From Octopus sinensis (lineage: Eukaryota), in NCBI RefSeq assembly GCF_006345805.1, contig NC_043000.1:164734001-164798000 (forward strand): 64,000 nucleotides of DNA. The letters are read 5' to 3'. Below are positions 1 through 11,492 of the stretch, in pieces (the first letter of the stretch is position 1; every line of letters starts with the position of its first letter). The notes beneath the pieces were generated by a model. The model was given only the letters and a program-made list of their open reading frames with translations, made no database searches and was not told the DNA's origin. A program made the translations under genes and the position numbers.

Positions 1-123
1 TCTATAGAAGGAAGAGCAAGCCTTCTATCATACTCTCAATTTTGGTCAACTTGCGCCGCATGGTCTCGGAGGAGATAGTGTTAGTTGAAGGCTACCAAAC
101 CTGCCATACACAGACAATTTCAG

Positions 124-157
<34 letters not shown>

Positions 158-375
158 CTTAGAAAAAAAAAAATTATAAAATATATAAATTATTCTAATT
201 TATATATTTTTATATATATATATATTTTGTGAAATTTGATTTAGTATTTCTATATTGAATTTTTCCTTGTAAGTTTGGAATAATATTCCCTCATATTATT
301 ACGGTGGTGCATCAGCATGGCCGCAGCTCTGAACTGAAACTAGAATATATATCTATATATCTATATCTATATCTA

Positions 376-411
<36 letters not shown>

Positions 412-420
412 TACTTGGAG

Positions 421-1030
421 GAGATGAAACGAAACGAAACGAATCGAATCGACGCGAGGGCGCTCAGTCATACAATAGTGTAATAAATAAAATATATGCA
501 TACATACATATATGTACGTACCTACATCTACATGTATATATACATGCATATATAAATATATATACGTGAGTACAGGACACCTCAAATAGACGTAGAACTC
601 AACGAGAAACGAAAACGTAAAAACAAACATGGAAACGGACCTTTTTTAACAACGAAAAAAACAGAGTACAAGACAAACTACACAAGGAAAATTCCCCTTC
701 ATCAGCTGTCCCTAGTTCAACTCCAGCGTGTTTCGAAGGTGAGGACAGAACACGACTCGTCGAACTAGCCCTTCCTGCGAAAGAATTAAATAAAATTACT
801 TCGCAGAGGGGTAAAAACAAGGAAAGAAAAATATGTGACAAAAACAGGACGTAAAAACGATACAAATAAAATTACAAAATAAAATACAAAATAAAATACA
901 AAATAAAATACAATTACGAAAAAATACAGTACAAGAAATAAAAACAAACAAGAAAACAAACAATGAGGGCCTTATTTTGGCCTAGACGAGGAAAGATTCT
1001 TAAGAGCGCTGGAAGAACATGTGTTCACTT
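421..1030 (-). repeat. Dispersed repeat, inverted copy of 7062-7682 (unclassified, possibly a retroelement terminal repeat)
   Basis: Reverse complement matches 7062-7682, e.g. gcctagacgagg / cctcgtctaggc and gaatcgacgcgagggcgctcagtc. Confidence 0.8.
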
Positions 1031-1043
1031 TATAAATACATAC

Positions 1044-1095
<52 letters not shown>

Positions 1096-1215
1096 TTTTA
1101 TATTATTTTATTTATTTGTTTATTTATTTATTTTTATTTTTACTTTTACTTTTTTTTTAAAAATTATATAAATATCAAAAAGTATTAAAAGTTTAATAAA
1201 AGATAAAGAATAAAA

Positions 1216-1312
1216 ACACTACGATCGTTTCATAGCTGTAACCAATTCGAATAACAATACTTTAAATTCAATTAATAATTCGAATTATGGTTACAGTCAA
1301 TCTTCAGGTTAA
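1216..1312 (-). ncRNA. Hammerhead ribozyme-like motif, mirror of 3265-3361
   Basis: Reverse complement contains CTGAAGA, long stem II, GAAA, ACGATCGT, A. Confidence 0.5.
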
Positions 1313-2814
1313 TTGTAATATTTTAATAAATAATCAGAAATATTTAAACAATATTTTTAAGAAATAAATAATATAATAATTATACTTATAAAAAAACTCT
1401 TTTATCAAACTAGAAACTTAAAACTTAACGATTATGATTATATCAAAACATCTATTATAATGTTAAATATTAATTTTAATTTTTAAGTTTTAATTTTTAA
1501 GGTAAGAAACCCACCAATAATCTAATATCTGTAATAGTCAATATCTAATTACATAAATATTTTACAAAAAAAAAATTTTTTTTAAATGACTATTATATAT
1601 AAATTATCAATGAAAATATATAAATGTATATAAATGTTATAATTAAGATCTAAAATAAACTCTATAAATAAATATATATGCACATATAATAAATACCTAA
1701 TAAATTAATTTTTCATATTTAAAGATGAAATAGCTAATTTCAAAAATACAAACAAACAATCTTAAACGAACGCTATAGTAAATTAACTATCTTTATATCT
1801 CGTTGGCTAAATAATAACTTTCGGAAACCTTATATTTAAAATACTTAAAGAAATAATCAATTCGTAGTTATATAGTATCAAATAAATACTATAAATACTA
1901 TAAATATATTTATCAATGGTACTAAAACTAGCAAATATCCATTTAAAAAGACAATATATAAGTTAAAATAATAATTATAAGAAATTTAAAACTACAATTA
2001 ATGCTATTAATACATGTATATACATAAACCTAACATTAAACAACTCGTATACTTGCTATCAAACAACATATCTATCGCTAAGTAAAATCTTACGAATAAA
2101 CTTAAAGTTAATATCTAATAATTATATAGAAAATTACGATAATTAGATCATTACATAAACAACGATATTTACATAAAAAACAATATTATTACACCAAAGA
2201 CTTATAAAATATTAAAATTTAAAATTTAAAGATCTTAAATATAAATATATACTTAGCTTAGCAAGGTTTTGTGATGAACTAAAATTTTGAATCGGAAAAC
2301 GTCTTTACAGCGTTTATAAGAATACTCGTGGAATTACGTTATTAGCAAAAAAAGAATAAATTGTTGAAGAATTCATTAATACGCTTTATCAATGAAGATT
2401 GTGAATGGGAACAGTTATGGTTTATCAATAAATGTAAATAGAATGAAGTCACAAATAAAGAATAGAATCACTCTATACTATAAGATTTATTAATAAAATA
2501 ACTATGATAAATAATACTTAATATAGAATAAATTAAATAATTAAAAACCACTAATTATTATATATATTCAAAAAATCTTATATAATTAATAAATATATAA
2601 AACATTTTTTATAGTAACCCCTCAACGTACCATAAATTCATATAATCATAAGCTAAAATTAGTGACCATAACCAAAATCTCTAAAATACTTATCAAAATT
2701 TGAGGTATAACTATACATACGTATACATATATATATATATATATATATAAATATACATACATACATATATATATATATATAATATATATATATTATATAT
2801 ATATATATATTATA

Positions 2815-2848
<34 letters not shown>

Positions 2849-3264
2849 CATACATACACATGCACACACATACATACATGTACATACAATACTCAATATA
2901 TACACATACATATATATAGTTTATTTTAGATCTTAATTATATTTATATACATTTATATATTTTCATTGATAATTTATATATAATAGTCATTAAAAAAAAA
3001 TTTTTTTTTTGTAAAATATTTATGTAATTAGATATTGACTATTACAGATATTAGATTATTGGTGGGTTTCTTACCTTAAAAATTAAAACTTAAAAATTGA
3101 AATTAATATTTAACATTATAATAGATGTTTTGATATAATCATAATCGTTAAGTTTTAAGTTTCTAGTTTGATAAAAGAGGTTTTTTATAAGTATAATTAT
3201 TACATTATTTATTTCTTAAAAATATTGTTTAAATATTTCTGATTATCTATTAAAATATTACAAT

Positions 3265-3361
3265 TAACCTGAAGATTGACTGTAACCATAATTCGAATTA
3301 TTAATTGAATTTAAATTATTGTTATTCGAATTGGTTACAGCTATGAAACGATCGTAGTGTT
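3265..3361 (+). ncRNA. Hammerhead ribozyme-like motif (type I, long stem II, palindromic stem III)
   Basis: CTGAAGA 3269-3275; stem II ctgtaacca..ttcgaat / attcgaa..tggttacag; GAAA 3345-3348; palindrome ACGATCGT; H17=A at 3356; stem I weak. Confidence 0.55.
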
Positions 3362-3470
3362 TTTATTCTTTATCTTTTATTAAACTTTTAATACTTTTTG
3401 ATATTTATATAATTTGAAAAAAAAGTAAAAATAAAAATAAAATAAAATAAATAAATAAAATAATATAAAA

Positions 3471-3534
<64 letters not shown>

Positions 3535-3944
3535 ATATATGTATGTATGTATTTATATATATATTTAAAATTTATAAGTTTAAATTATTTAAATAATTTT
3601 TTATTTTTTATTTTTATATTTTAAAATTAATTTTATGTATTGGCTTATGATTTTCACTGTTTGATTTGCCTAATAGTGGTTTTATCTCTAATTTAATATA
3701 ATATATTTATACTATAAAATTGGATTTAATCCTAAATCTAATTTTTCCCTGTAAGTTTGGATTTACTCCCTAATATTATTATTATTAGGAATATTGAATT
3801 TCTATCGAACGCCTCTTGACAGCTTCGACACATTTTTTCCCTGTGTCCTTATATACATATATGAATGGGTGACAAACACCCCCGGCCGTCGGAACTGCAT
3901 CTAAGGACACCGTGTTTCAGGATCATTGTCCGGTGTCTGCTACT

Positions 3945-3988
3945 CTAGGCCGATGAAGGACAATGATCTTGAAACACGGTGTGCCTAG
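3945..3988 (+). ncRNA. Minimal hammerhead fold with variant core (CCGAUGA, GUG triplet)
   Basis: CTAGG-CCGATGA-AGGA caatga TCTT-GAAA-CAC g GTGT-G-CCTAG. Confidence 0.6.
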
Positions 3989-4309
3989 ATGCAGTTCCGA
4001 CGGCCGGGGGTGTTTGTCTCCCCTTCATATATGTATATAAGGACACAGGGAAAAAATGTGTCGAAGCTGTCAGGAGGCGTTCGATGCCTCCTAGGGCTAT
4101 ACAACGGTGGTTTACCCCATACTGTCACGTTCTTGTTAGATTGACAGTATACAACCATTCTATCGCCCCACCACCGTACATGTCTCTACGAGAGATTTAG
4201 AAATTCAATATCTCTTATTTTGATAATCAGTGAATAAACTTCACTGGATATAGATATATACAATTACGAAGTCGAGGCAAATATCACCAGCCGACCGGTG
4301 TCTGCTACT

Positions 4310-4353
4310 CTAGGCCGATGAAGGACAACGATCCTGAAACACGGTGTGCCTAG
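4310..4353 (+). ncRNA. Minimal hammerhead fold with variant core, second copy
   Basis: CTAGG-CCGATGA-AGGA caacga TCCT-GAAA-CAC g GTGT-G-CCTAG; perfect stems I and II. Confidence 0.65.
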
Positions 4354-4526
4354 ATGCAGTTCCGGCAGCCGGGGGTGTTTGTCTCCCCTTCATATATGTA
4401 TATAAGGACACAGGGGAAAAATGTGTCGAAGCTGTCAGGAGGCGTTCGATGCCTCCTAGGGTTATACAACGGTGGTGTACCCCCTACTGTCACGTTCTTG
4501 TTAGATTGACAGTATACAACGATTCC

Positions 4527-4602
<76 letters not shown>

Positions 4603-4863
4603 CACACACACATACATATACATGCATGTGGTCAATATGAAGATCTTCAACCATGAACAAAAAAATAATAATCCAGCCTGCTGGGTGTTAACAAGTATGT
4701 AGAATATGAATATAAAAACAGCCAAATCTCACAAAACTGCGATAACATAATGTAATCAATCTACTCACTTTCTGCAAAGATTTCTTTCAGAGTAATTTCC
4801 CATAGTAATATGACAAAGTAATTTGTCATATTACTGGCATTTGCCATATTCTGAACACCTTAC

Positions 4864-5949
4864 ACCGATGCTGTTGACATCGTTTTACTGGACTTTGCCA
4901 AAGCTTTTGACTCGGTAAACCACCGCCTATTACTTGTCAAGCTTCAAGCATATAGTTTCCATCCGGATATTGTACGATGGGTTGGTGCCTTCCTCTCAGA
5001 TCGCTCCTTCCAAGTCCAAGTTAATGGTTCGCGGTCCGACGTCTCCAGTGCGAGCAGTGGCGTGCCTCAAGGTTCAGTGCTTGGGCCCTTGTTGTTCTTA
5101 GTCTTCATAAATGACTTTCCCGACGACCTCACGCAACACACCCTTCTATTTGCCGACGATATCAAACTGGTCGCTCCTCGCGGTAATATAGAGGATCTTC
5201 GTCGATGCCTCCACCAAATTTGGAAGTGGTCTAACGATTGGGACCTGTGTCTGAACGTGTCAAAGTGCTGTCATCTGCCTGTCGGCTCTCCTCCTGCAAC
5301 TCAACTTGATTTCGAGCCGGGTCGTCTGCTGCTGGAGAGGACCGATCAGGTAAAGGACCTAGGTATCTTGGTAGATTCCTCCTTTTCGCCTTCGGCCCAG
5401 TGCGTCCATGCTGCCAACAAAGCACGCGGAATTCTGTTCTTGATTCGACGGTCATTCGGAATGCTCACAGCAGCCATATTCCTACCACTCTATGTCACGC
5501 TGGTGAGACCCATATTGGAGTATGGGATTCAAGCCTCTTCTCCTTATCTCCTCAAAGACATACATCATCTCGAAAGAGTCCAGAAGCTGGCTACCCGCAT
5601 GGTTCATGGTCTCAAAAATTTGTCCTACGAAGAAAGGCTGAGGACGCTCGACCTTTATTCTCTTGAAAAACGCCGCCGCCGTAGTGATCTCATTCTCGCC
5701 CACAACATCATAAGCGGAAAGTGTAACCTCTCGAAAGAGCTGTTCTTCACTCCTGCTCCAGAGCGTCGGCTGCGGGGTCATTCCGAAAAGCTCTACCTGC
5801 GACGATTTCATCTCAATCGAAGGAGAGGAGCTTTCTCCGTCCGGGTTGCGGATCCGTGGAACAAGCTGCCAGACGAGATGGTGAAGATGCCGACGACCGC
5901 TTTGTTCAAAGCCTCCCTGGACCTCAAGTGGCCTGAACTCTTTACATGA
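4864..5949 (+). CDS. CR1-type reverse transcriptase, C-terminal part, open throughout
   Basis: Frame of ORF 5062-5949 stays open back to the 5' junction (TDAVDIVLLDFAKAFDSVNH...). Confidence 0.85.
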   Translation, partial: TDAVDIVLLDFAKAFDSVNHRLLLVKLQAYSFHPDIVRWVGAFLSDRSFQVQVNGSRSDVSSASSGVPQGSVLGPLLFLVFINDFPDDLTQHTLLFADDIKLVAPRGNIEDLRRCLHQIWKWSNDWDLCLNVSKCCHLPVGSPPATQLDFEPGRLLLERTDQVKDLGILVDSSFSPSAQCVHAANKARGILFLIRRSFGMLTAAIFLPLYVTLVRPILEYGIQASSPYLLKDIHHLERVQKLATRMVHGLKNLSYEERLRTLDLYSLEKRRRRSDLILAHNIISGKCNLSKELFFTPAPERRLRGHSEKLYLRRFHLNRRRGAFSVRVADPWNKLPDEMVKMPTTALFKASLDLKWPELFT

Positions 5950-6032
5950 ACACCACCCTGTACTTAACTCCATGTCCCCCTACATGGCCTTGCTATTTGC
6001 TTTTGAGCCAAATTAACTAACTAACTAACTAA
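4864..6032 (+). mobile_element. 5'-truncated CR1-type LINE with (TAAC)n tail
   Basis: RT motifs DFAKAFDSV, GVPQGSVLGP, FADD; C-terminal RVADPWNKLP; taactaactaac tail; candidate TSD cttac at 4859-4863 and 6033-6037. Confidence 0.9.
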
Positions 6033-6037
6033 CTTAC

Positions 6038-6455
6038 TTCCCTGGGCATGGATACATTGAAACTCCGACGTCTGGCATCGTACAAACAATAACTCTGAGC
6101 ACCTTTTCAAACTCCATCTGTTTAACACCCGTGGACATGTTTACAAAGTCAGAAAACAGCACAGCTCCCATGACTTTAGGAAACATTTTTCACGCTAAGA
6201 GTTGCTGAAGCATGGAACAAACTGCCGGCATCAGTTGTTATTTGTCGGAGCACTGCATCCTTCAAAACTTCCATGCCTCCTGAGATTTACCAACACTACA
6301 CCTGATTTTCTCCCCTCCATACACAAGCAAGCACGTATCTGACTCATACACTATTTACTTTCCAGATATTTGTACATTACTGCATATGCTTTATACGCAC
6401 TTTTGACAAGTTGTGGTGCACCTGAGCACTGTATACAATAATTTCATTATTATTA
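6038..6455 (+). mobile_element. 3' fragment of the CR1 family seen at 56209-60111, interrupted by the 4864-6032 LINE
   Basis: Matches ~59733-60100 with deletions; its left part ccatattctgaacacctt lies at 4843-4863; (ATT)n tail. Confidence 0.8.
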
Positions 6456-6744
6456 TTTTAATTCATGTGAAATAGACAAAACAACCATTCATTTTTACTT
6501 TTAGACAGTGGGATGGTGGAGAGGGGGGAATTTTGGGTCGGAGTTGTTCATAAAAATTTGAAATTAAAATTTGAATTTGTGTTTATTATTTCCGTATTCT
6601 TAATCTCCATATATTCCCACATAGACTGATTGTTCAGATATATATATATATGTGTAGCATTAGGATGTTCTAGCATTACATATATCATCATCATCATCAT
6701 CATCATATATGTGTATATATATATCTGTACACACGTATATATAT

Positions 6745-7690
6745 TTATATATGCATGTATATATACATGTAGATGTAGGTACGTACATATATGTTTGTAT
6801 GTATGCATATATTTTATTTATTACACTATTGTATGACTGAGCGCCTTCGCGTCGATTCGATTCGTTTGGTTTGGTTTCGTTTCTTCTTCTTCTCTAAGCT
6901 GGTTTTTATATATAATTATGACGCGAAACTCCACAACTCCTTCTCTCTCTCTTTCTTTTACCCTCTTTTGCTTCCTTCCTCCCTATCTCTCTCTCTCTCA
7001 CTCCTCCTCATCTCTCTCATAGCCGGGTCTACGAACTTCCTTTCGCCGGTGGCCTTATTCAAGTAAACATGTTTCTTCCTGCGCTCGTGAAAAAAAAAAA
7101 AATTTTTCCTCGTCTAGGCTTATAGGCTCTCTTTATTTGTTTTCCTGTCCTGTTTCTATTCCTTCTTGTACTGTATTTCTTGTAATTGTATTTTTATTTT
7201 GTATTTGTTTTTAATTGTATTGTTTTTACGTCCTGTTTTTGTCACATTTTTTCCTTGTTTTTACCCCTCTGCAAAGGAATTTTATTTAATTCTTTCGCAG
7301 GAAGGATTAGTTCGACGAGACGTGTTCTGTCCTCACCTTCGAAACACGCTGGAGTTGAACTAGGGACGGCTGATGAAGGGGATTTTTCCTTGTGTAGTTG
7401 TCTTGTACTCTGTTTTTTTTTTGTTGTTAAAGGAATGGTCCGTTCCATGCTGTTTTTACGTTTTCGTTTCTCGTTGAGTTCTACGTCTATTTGTGGTGTC
7501 CTGTACACACGTATATATATTTATATATGCATGTATATATACATGTAGATGTAGGTACGTACATATATGTTTGTATGTATGCATATATCTTATTTATTAC
7601 ACTATTGTATGACTGAGCGCCCTCGCGTCGATTCAATTCGATTCGTTTGGTTTGGTTTGGTTTCTTCTTCTCTAAGCTGGTTTATATATA
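6745..7690 (+). repeat. Same family as 421-1030, with partial tandem terminal duplication (6745-6900 and 7525-7682)
   Basis: tacatgtagatgtaggtacg...gactgagcgcc...tctaagctgg occurs twice. Confidence 0.75.
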
Positions 7691-7790
7691 TATATATATA
7701 TTTTAAATTTTATTTTATTTATTTATTTAGTTTTTAAATTGTTAATTTGCTGATATTATACTAATGTTTTTCATGCAGAACTACATTTCA

Positions 7791-9590
7791 TCAAAAATTC
7801 TTATTTAGCTTATTCACAGCTAAATAATTGTCATTTAGAGTTGGTTTAAATGCCATCTCTTCTGGAAGGTGTTCGATTTTTCCTCTCATTCTCATGTCAG
7901 TGGATGATGGTCTATTCAAAAGCACAGAAAAATGTTCTACCCAGTGCTTATAAATAGAAGCAGTATCAGTTAGAAGCAAACATCCATTTGCTGTTCTCAC
8001 TGGAGCTATTGAAGAAGATTTTGGGCCATATACCTCTTTAACATAAGAGTACAAACCCTTGGCATCATTTCTATCAGCTGCTTCTTGTGCCCCTTTTGCT
8101 CTATCATTCCACCATTCCTGCTTAATTTTCCTTAGAGGAGCCTGCACTTTCCCTTTCAGCTTTCTGTAAGCTTTGTTTGAGTAGGGGTTCAAGGACTGAG
8201 AAAAAAGTGTATTGCCTAAGTTTTGTTTTTTCTAAAACTAGATCATGAATTTCTGTTGATCTATCTAAGAACCAGTCACTGGTCTTACATGATTTAAATC
8301 CCACTGACAAACTTGCAGCCTGAAACACCTTTGTTTTCAAATATTCCCATAGGTTGTTTAGGACAAGATTGAAACTTTCTATAGCGTCATGGAATCTTTG
8401 CAAGTTGCTTGATAATTTAAAGTTTGCAACATTTAACTTTTTGGGTACCTTAAGACCAGACTGTTGATTTTTAGGCATTATCGAAAAATTTATTTTCCCA
8501 CACACTAGACAACGTTCGGTCTTGCTCTCTGCTCCTCTCATGGCCCAAAAGCTAGAAATGTCCATCATATCACGCTTTCTGTTCAAAATGTAATCTATGA
8601 GTTACCAGTGCTTAGATCTTGGGTGCATCCAGGTGGTTGTATATTTATTTTTTGGCTTAAACAGAGTGTTGGTGACAACCAGATTATTCTCATCAAAGAG
8701 CTACTCCATTTTTATTACATTTTCCAATCCCATGTCAACCTGAAACAGGCCATGAAACATTGTCCTTTCCATCTCTTGCGTTGAAATCTCCCAATATGAC
8801 CAGCTTGTCAGAAATTGGTACTTTCTTCAAAAATTGTGCTAGATCATCATAAAACTGTCCTACCGTTTCATCAGAATGGGACATCGTTGGTGCATAAATG
8901 CTGACAATGGTAAGAAACCTACCTTTTGTCAGTTGAATACAGCATGGTATGGTTGATTCAGATATACCACTTGGAAGCTCTGCAATGGAGGATATTAATG
9001 AATTCTTGAGAGCAAATCCAACACCAGATTCTCTACGCTGACCCTCAGGTAGGCCTCTCCAAAAGATAGTATATCCATAAGTAGGTTCATTTACTTGACT
9101 CTCACCAGAGAGACAAGTTTCAGAGAGCGCAACTATATCAAGCAAATATTTCTTAAGCTCATATGCAGTAATGCAGTATGTCTTTCTGGCCTCTCGTTGA
9201 AATTATCACCAAGAAGTGTGTGCACATTCCAACAGCCAAAAAGCAAAGGATATTTATTTTTACTTTCTCATGAAGATTGTTCGACCACAGTGGCAGGATG
9301 ATGACCAGGCCCAGCCTTATGATACACTGGGACACCTGCTGAGCTTGACATTTTCCCCTGACATTCCCAAGCCTTTTTTTTTGCCATTTACTGAATCTGT
9401 TTGAAACATTTTAGAGTAAATTACAAGTGCATTTTTAGGTTTCTGCCAACCAACCAAATCAATGATTTTACTAAGATTTGGTGTATAGGAAGTGCCTGTG
9501 CAGATGAATAATTTTCAGTGGGTGTAGCATGCACTGTACTACCCCCACCTATTAGCCCAAGAAGACTTTCACCGGTGTAACATGACATTG
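7791..9590 (-). mobile_element. Degenerate RTE (BovB-like) LINE: 5' region, APE endonuclease and start of RT
   Basis: LDIVALSET, RRESGVGFA, VSIYAPT, LVILGDFNAR; downstream WWNDRAKGAQEAAD and WVEHFSVLLNRPS; multiple frameshifts. Confidence 0.85.
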
Positions 9591-9984
9591 ACAAAACCAG
9601 GAACTTCCAACGCCTCCTGTGTTATGAGAACATTGTGATGTATTTTAAATTTTACTCCATCACCTTACCAATTCTGCCATCCTGCATCATATAGTCTTAT
9701 ATAATATTTTCAAGCTTTCCATGATCTTATTCAACTGAAGTGTTATGTTTTAAACAACTTTAACTGTAGAACGAAAGTGCATACATACTTGAATTCTAAC
9801 ATTTCGCAACAATATTATGAAAAATCAATAAACTTATTCATCAAAGTAAAAATAAGGACTTTAGAATAAAATTTCCATGGGTTTTGTTGGTAATAATAAT
9901 TTTTCAAATTTTGGCACAAGGCCAAGAATTTTAAAGGAAGGGGCAAGTTGAATTCATTGATTTCGAAATGTAGCAGTATATCAC

Positions 9985-10290
9985 TATTTGAACTCAGATC
10001 ATAGAGTTGGAAGAAATGCCACCAAGTGTTTTGTCAGATGCGCTAACCATTCTGCCAGCTTACCACCATCTTGTTGGAGACAATTCTTTCCAATTTTAGC
10101 ATAAGGCCAGCAATTTTGAGGGGCAAGTTGATTATATAGACACCAGTCCTTGACTGATACTTTATTTTTTCGACTTTGGAGGGATGATAGGCAAAATTGA
10201 CTGAATTTGATCTCACAACGTAAAGCCGGATGAGATACCACTAAGAAGTTTGTCCGGCATATTATCGATTCTGCTACCCCACCGCCTTCG
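9985..10290 (-). mobile_element. tRNA-derived SINE fragments
   Basis: Similar to the well-preserved copy at 32335-32515. Confidence 0.55.
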
Positions 10291-10369
10291 TAATAATGAT
10301 AATAATAATAATAACAGTAGTAGTAGCAGCAGCGTTTGAAGATAAGTCTGTATCTTAGTTTTTAATGAA

Positions 10370-11290
10370 ATGGCATCAGCAAGTAGTGATTTCGACTTTG
10401 AAGGTTTTACTCTTGACAATACAGAAAACATAAATGAAAACAAGAGTATTCTGTCTTTGGACGAATCTGATATTGATATTAGTGAATATTCGTCGGACGA
10501 GGAAGATTTTGAGAACAAAAGTGATAAAATTGAAAATGATGAAAATGATATCGTAAACATGGCGACATGGTCAAACACCAATCACTATTCCTGATTTCAC
10601 AGAAAACTCTGGTCCACAACACAATTTACCTTCTGATGCGCAACCATTGGACTATCTATTCTTATTTTTACCGGGAAGTTTCTTTTTGAAAATGTTACAG
10701 AGGAAACAAACAAATATACGCAACGTATAATTTCTAATCGCAGAAGAAACGATCCACTATGGCAGCCAACTTATACTGCGGAAATGAGAACGTTTTTCAA
10801 AATCAATATTATATTTGGTGTTAATCAACTTCCTTGACTGTGGAACTACTGTAGTCCTGATATAAGGTATGGTGATCCGTGTATCTTAAGTATAATGTCG
10901 AAGACGAGGTATTCGAAAATATCTCAGTATTTACATTTAATTGATTCTGCTAATGCCCCCCCCCCCCAGCAAAAACAACCCAAACTACGATCCCCTGTAC
11001 AAAGTAGTCCTGTAATTGATTTACTCCTTAATAGTTATAAAACTGTATCTATATGGGTAAAAATCCCATGAAGATCAAGCCATGATTGGCTATTAGGGCA
11101 GAGTACATTTTTGGCAGTACATGCCTGCCAAACCCATTAAATAGGGGATCAAGGTATGGGAAGTTTGTGAATCAGACACTGGATATTATGTAAACTTCAA
11201 TGTTTACACAAATAAAAAATATAATGGAAACAGACCATATGGATTGGGATATGATGTATTATGATCTCTTAATGAACTAGGCAAGACTTC
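10370..11290 (+). pseudogene. Decayed piggyBac-type transposase
   Basis: Acidic N-terminus (SDIDISEYSSDEED), then LDYLFLF, AEMRTFF, MSKTRYSKISQYLHL and QYMPAKPIK*GIKVWEVCESDTGYYVNFNVY read across frames; stops and frameshifts; no TIRs found. Confidence 0.75.
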
Positions 11291-11492
11291 CTTTTGTATC
11301 CCTTCCCCCCAAAACACCCCCTTTTTAAAATTAATTGTTTTTCTACACAAACCCTGTTTTCGGCTACGGAGAATACGAATCTGCAAAGAAATTGGCAAAA
11401 ATCGGCATTTTAAAATATGAGATTATGGAGAACCACACTAACTTTGAACAGTGACAGTGAATCTCTCAATGCTGGAGATGTAAAAATTTCAT

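Larger units (their letters stand above)
1031..3557. mobile_element. Fold-back element with ~630-bp inverted arms (1031-~1661, ~2918-3557) carrying HHR-like motifs; probably a PLE inverted pseudo-LTR structure
   Basis: Arms are near-identical reverse complements; each has CTGAAGA...GAAACGATCGTA. Confidence 0.7.
3804..4520 (+). mobile_element. PLE pseudo-LTR or retrozyme-like unit: two direct copies (3931-4155, 4296-4520) plus an inverted partial copy (3804-3931)
   Basis: 365-bp-period direct repeat; 128-bp inverted arm matching 3958-4085; HHR fold in each direct copy. Confidence 0.75.

Noticed and set aside
1-125. Possible Helitron/Helentron-like end
   Set aside because: Cut by the window edge; no diagnostic hairpin plus CTAG
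1100-3500. Mitochondrial insertion (NUMT), suggested by extreme AT content
   Set aside because: No recognisable mitochondrial gene, rRNA or tRNA; inverted arms with HHR motifs explain it better
7335-7395. GAAA and CTGATGA motifs in the unclassified repeat
   Set aside because: Order would need a type II fold, and I could not build stem III with a valid UH triplet
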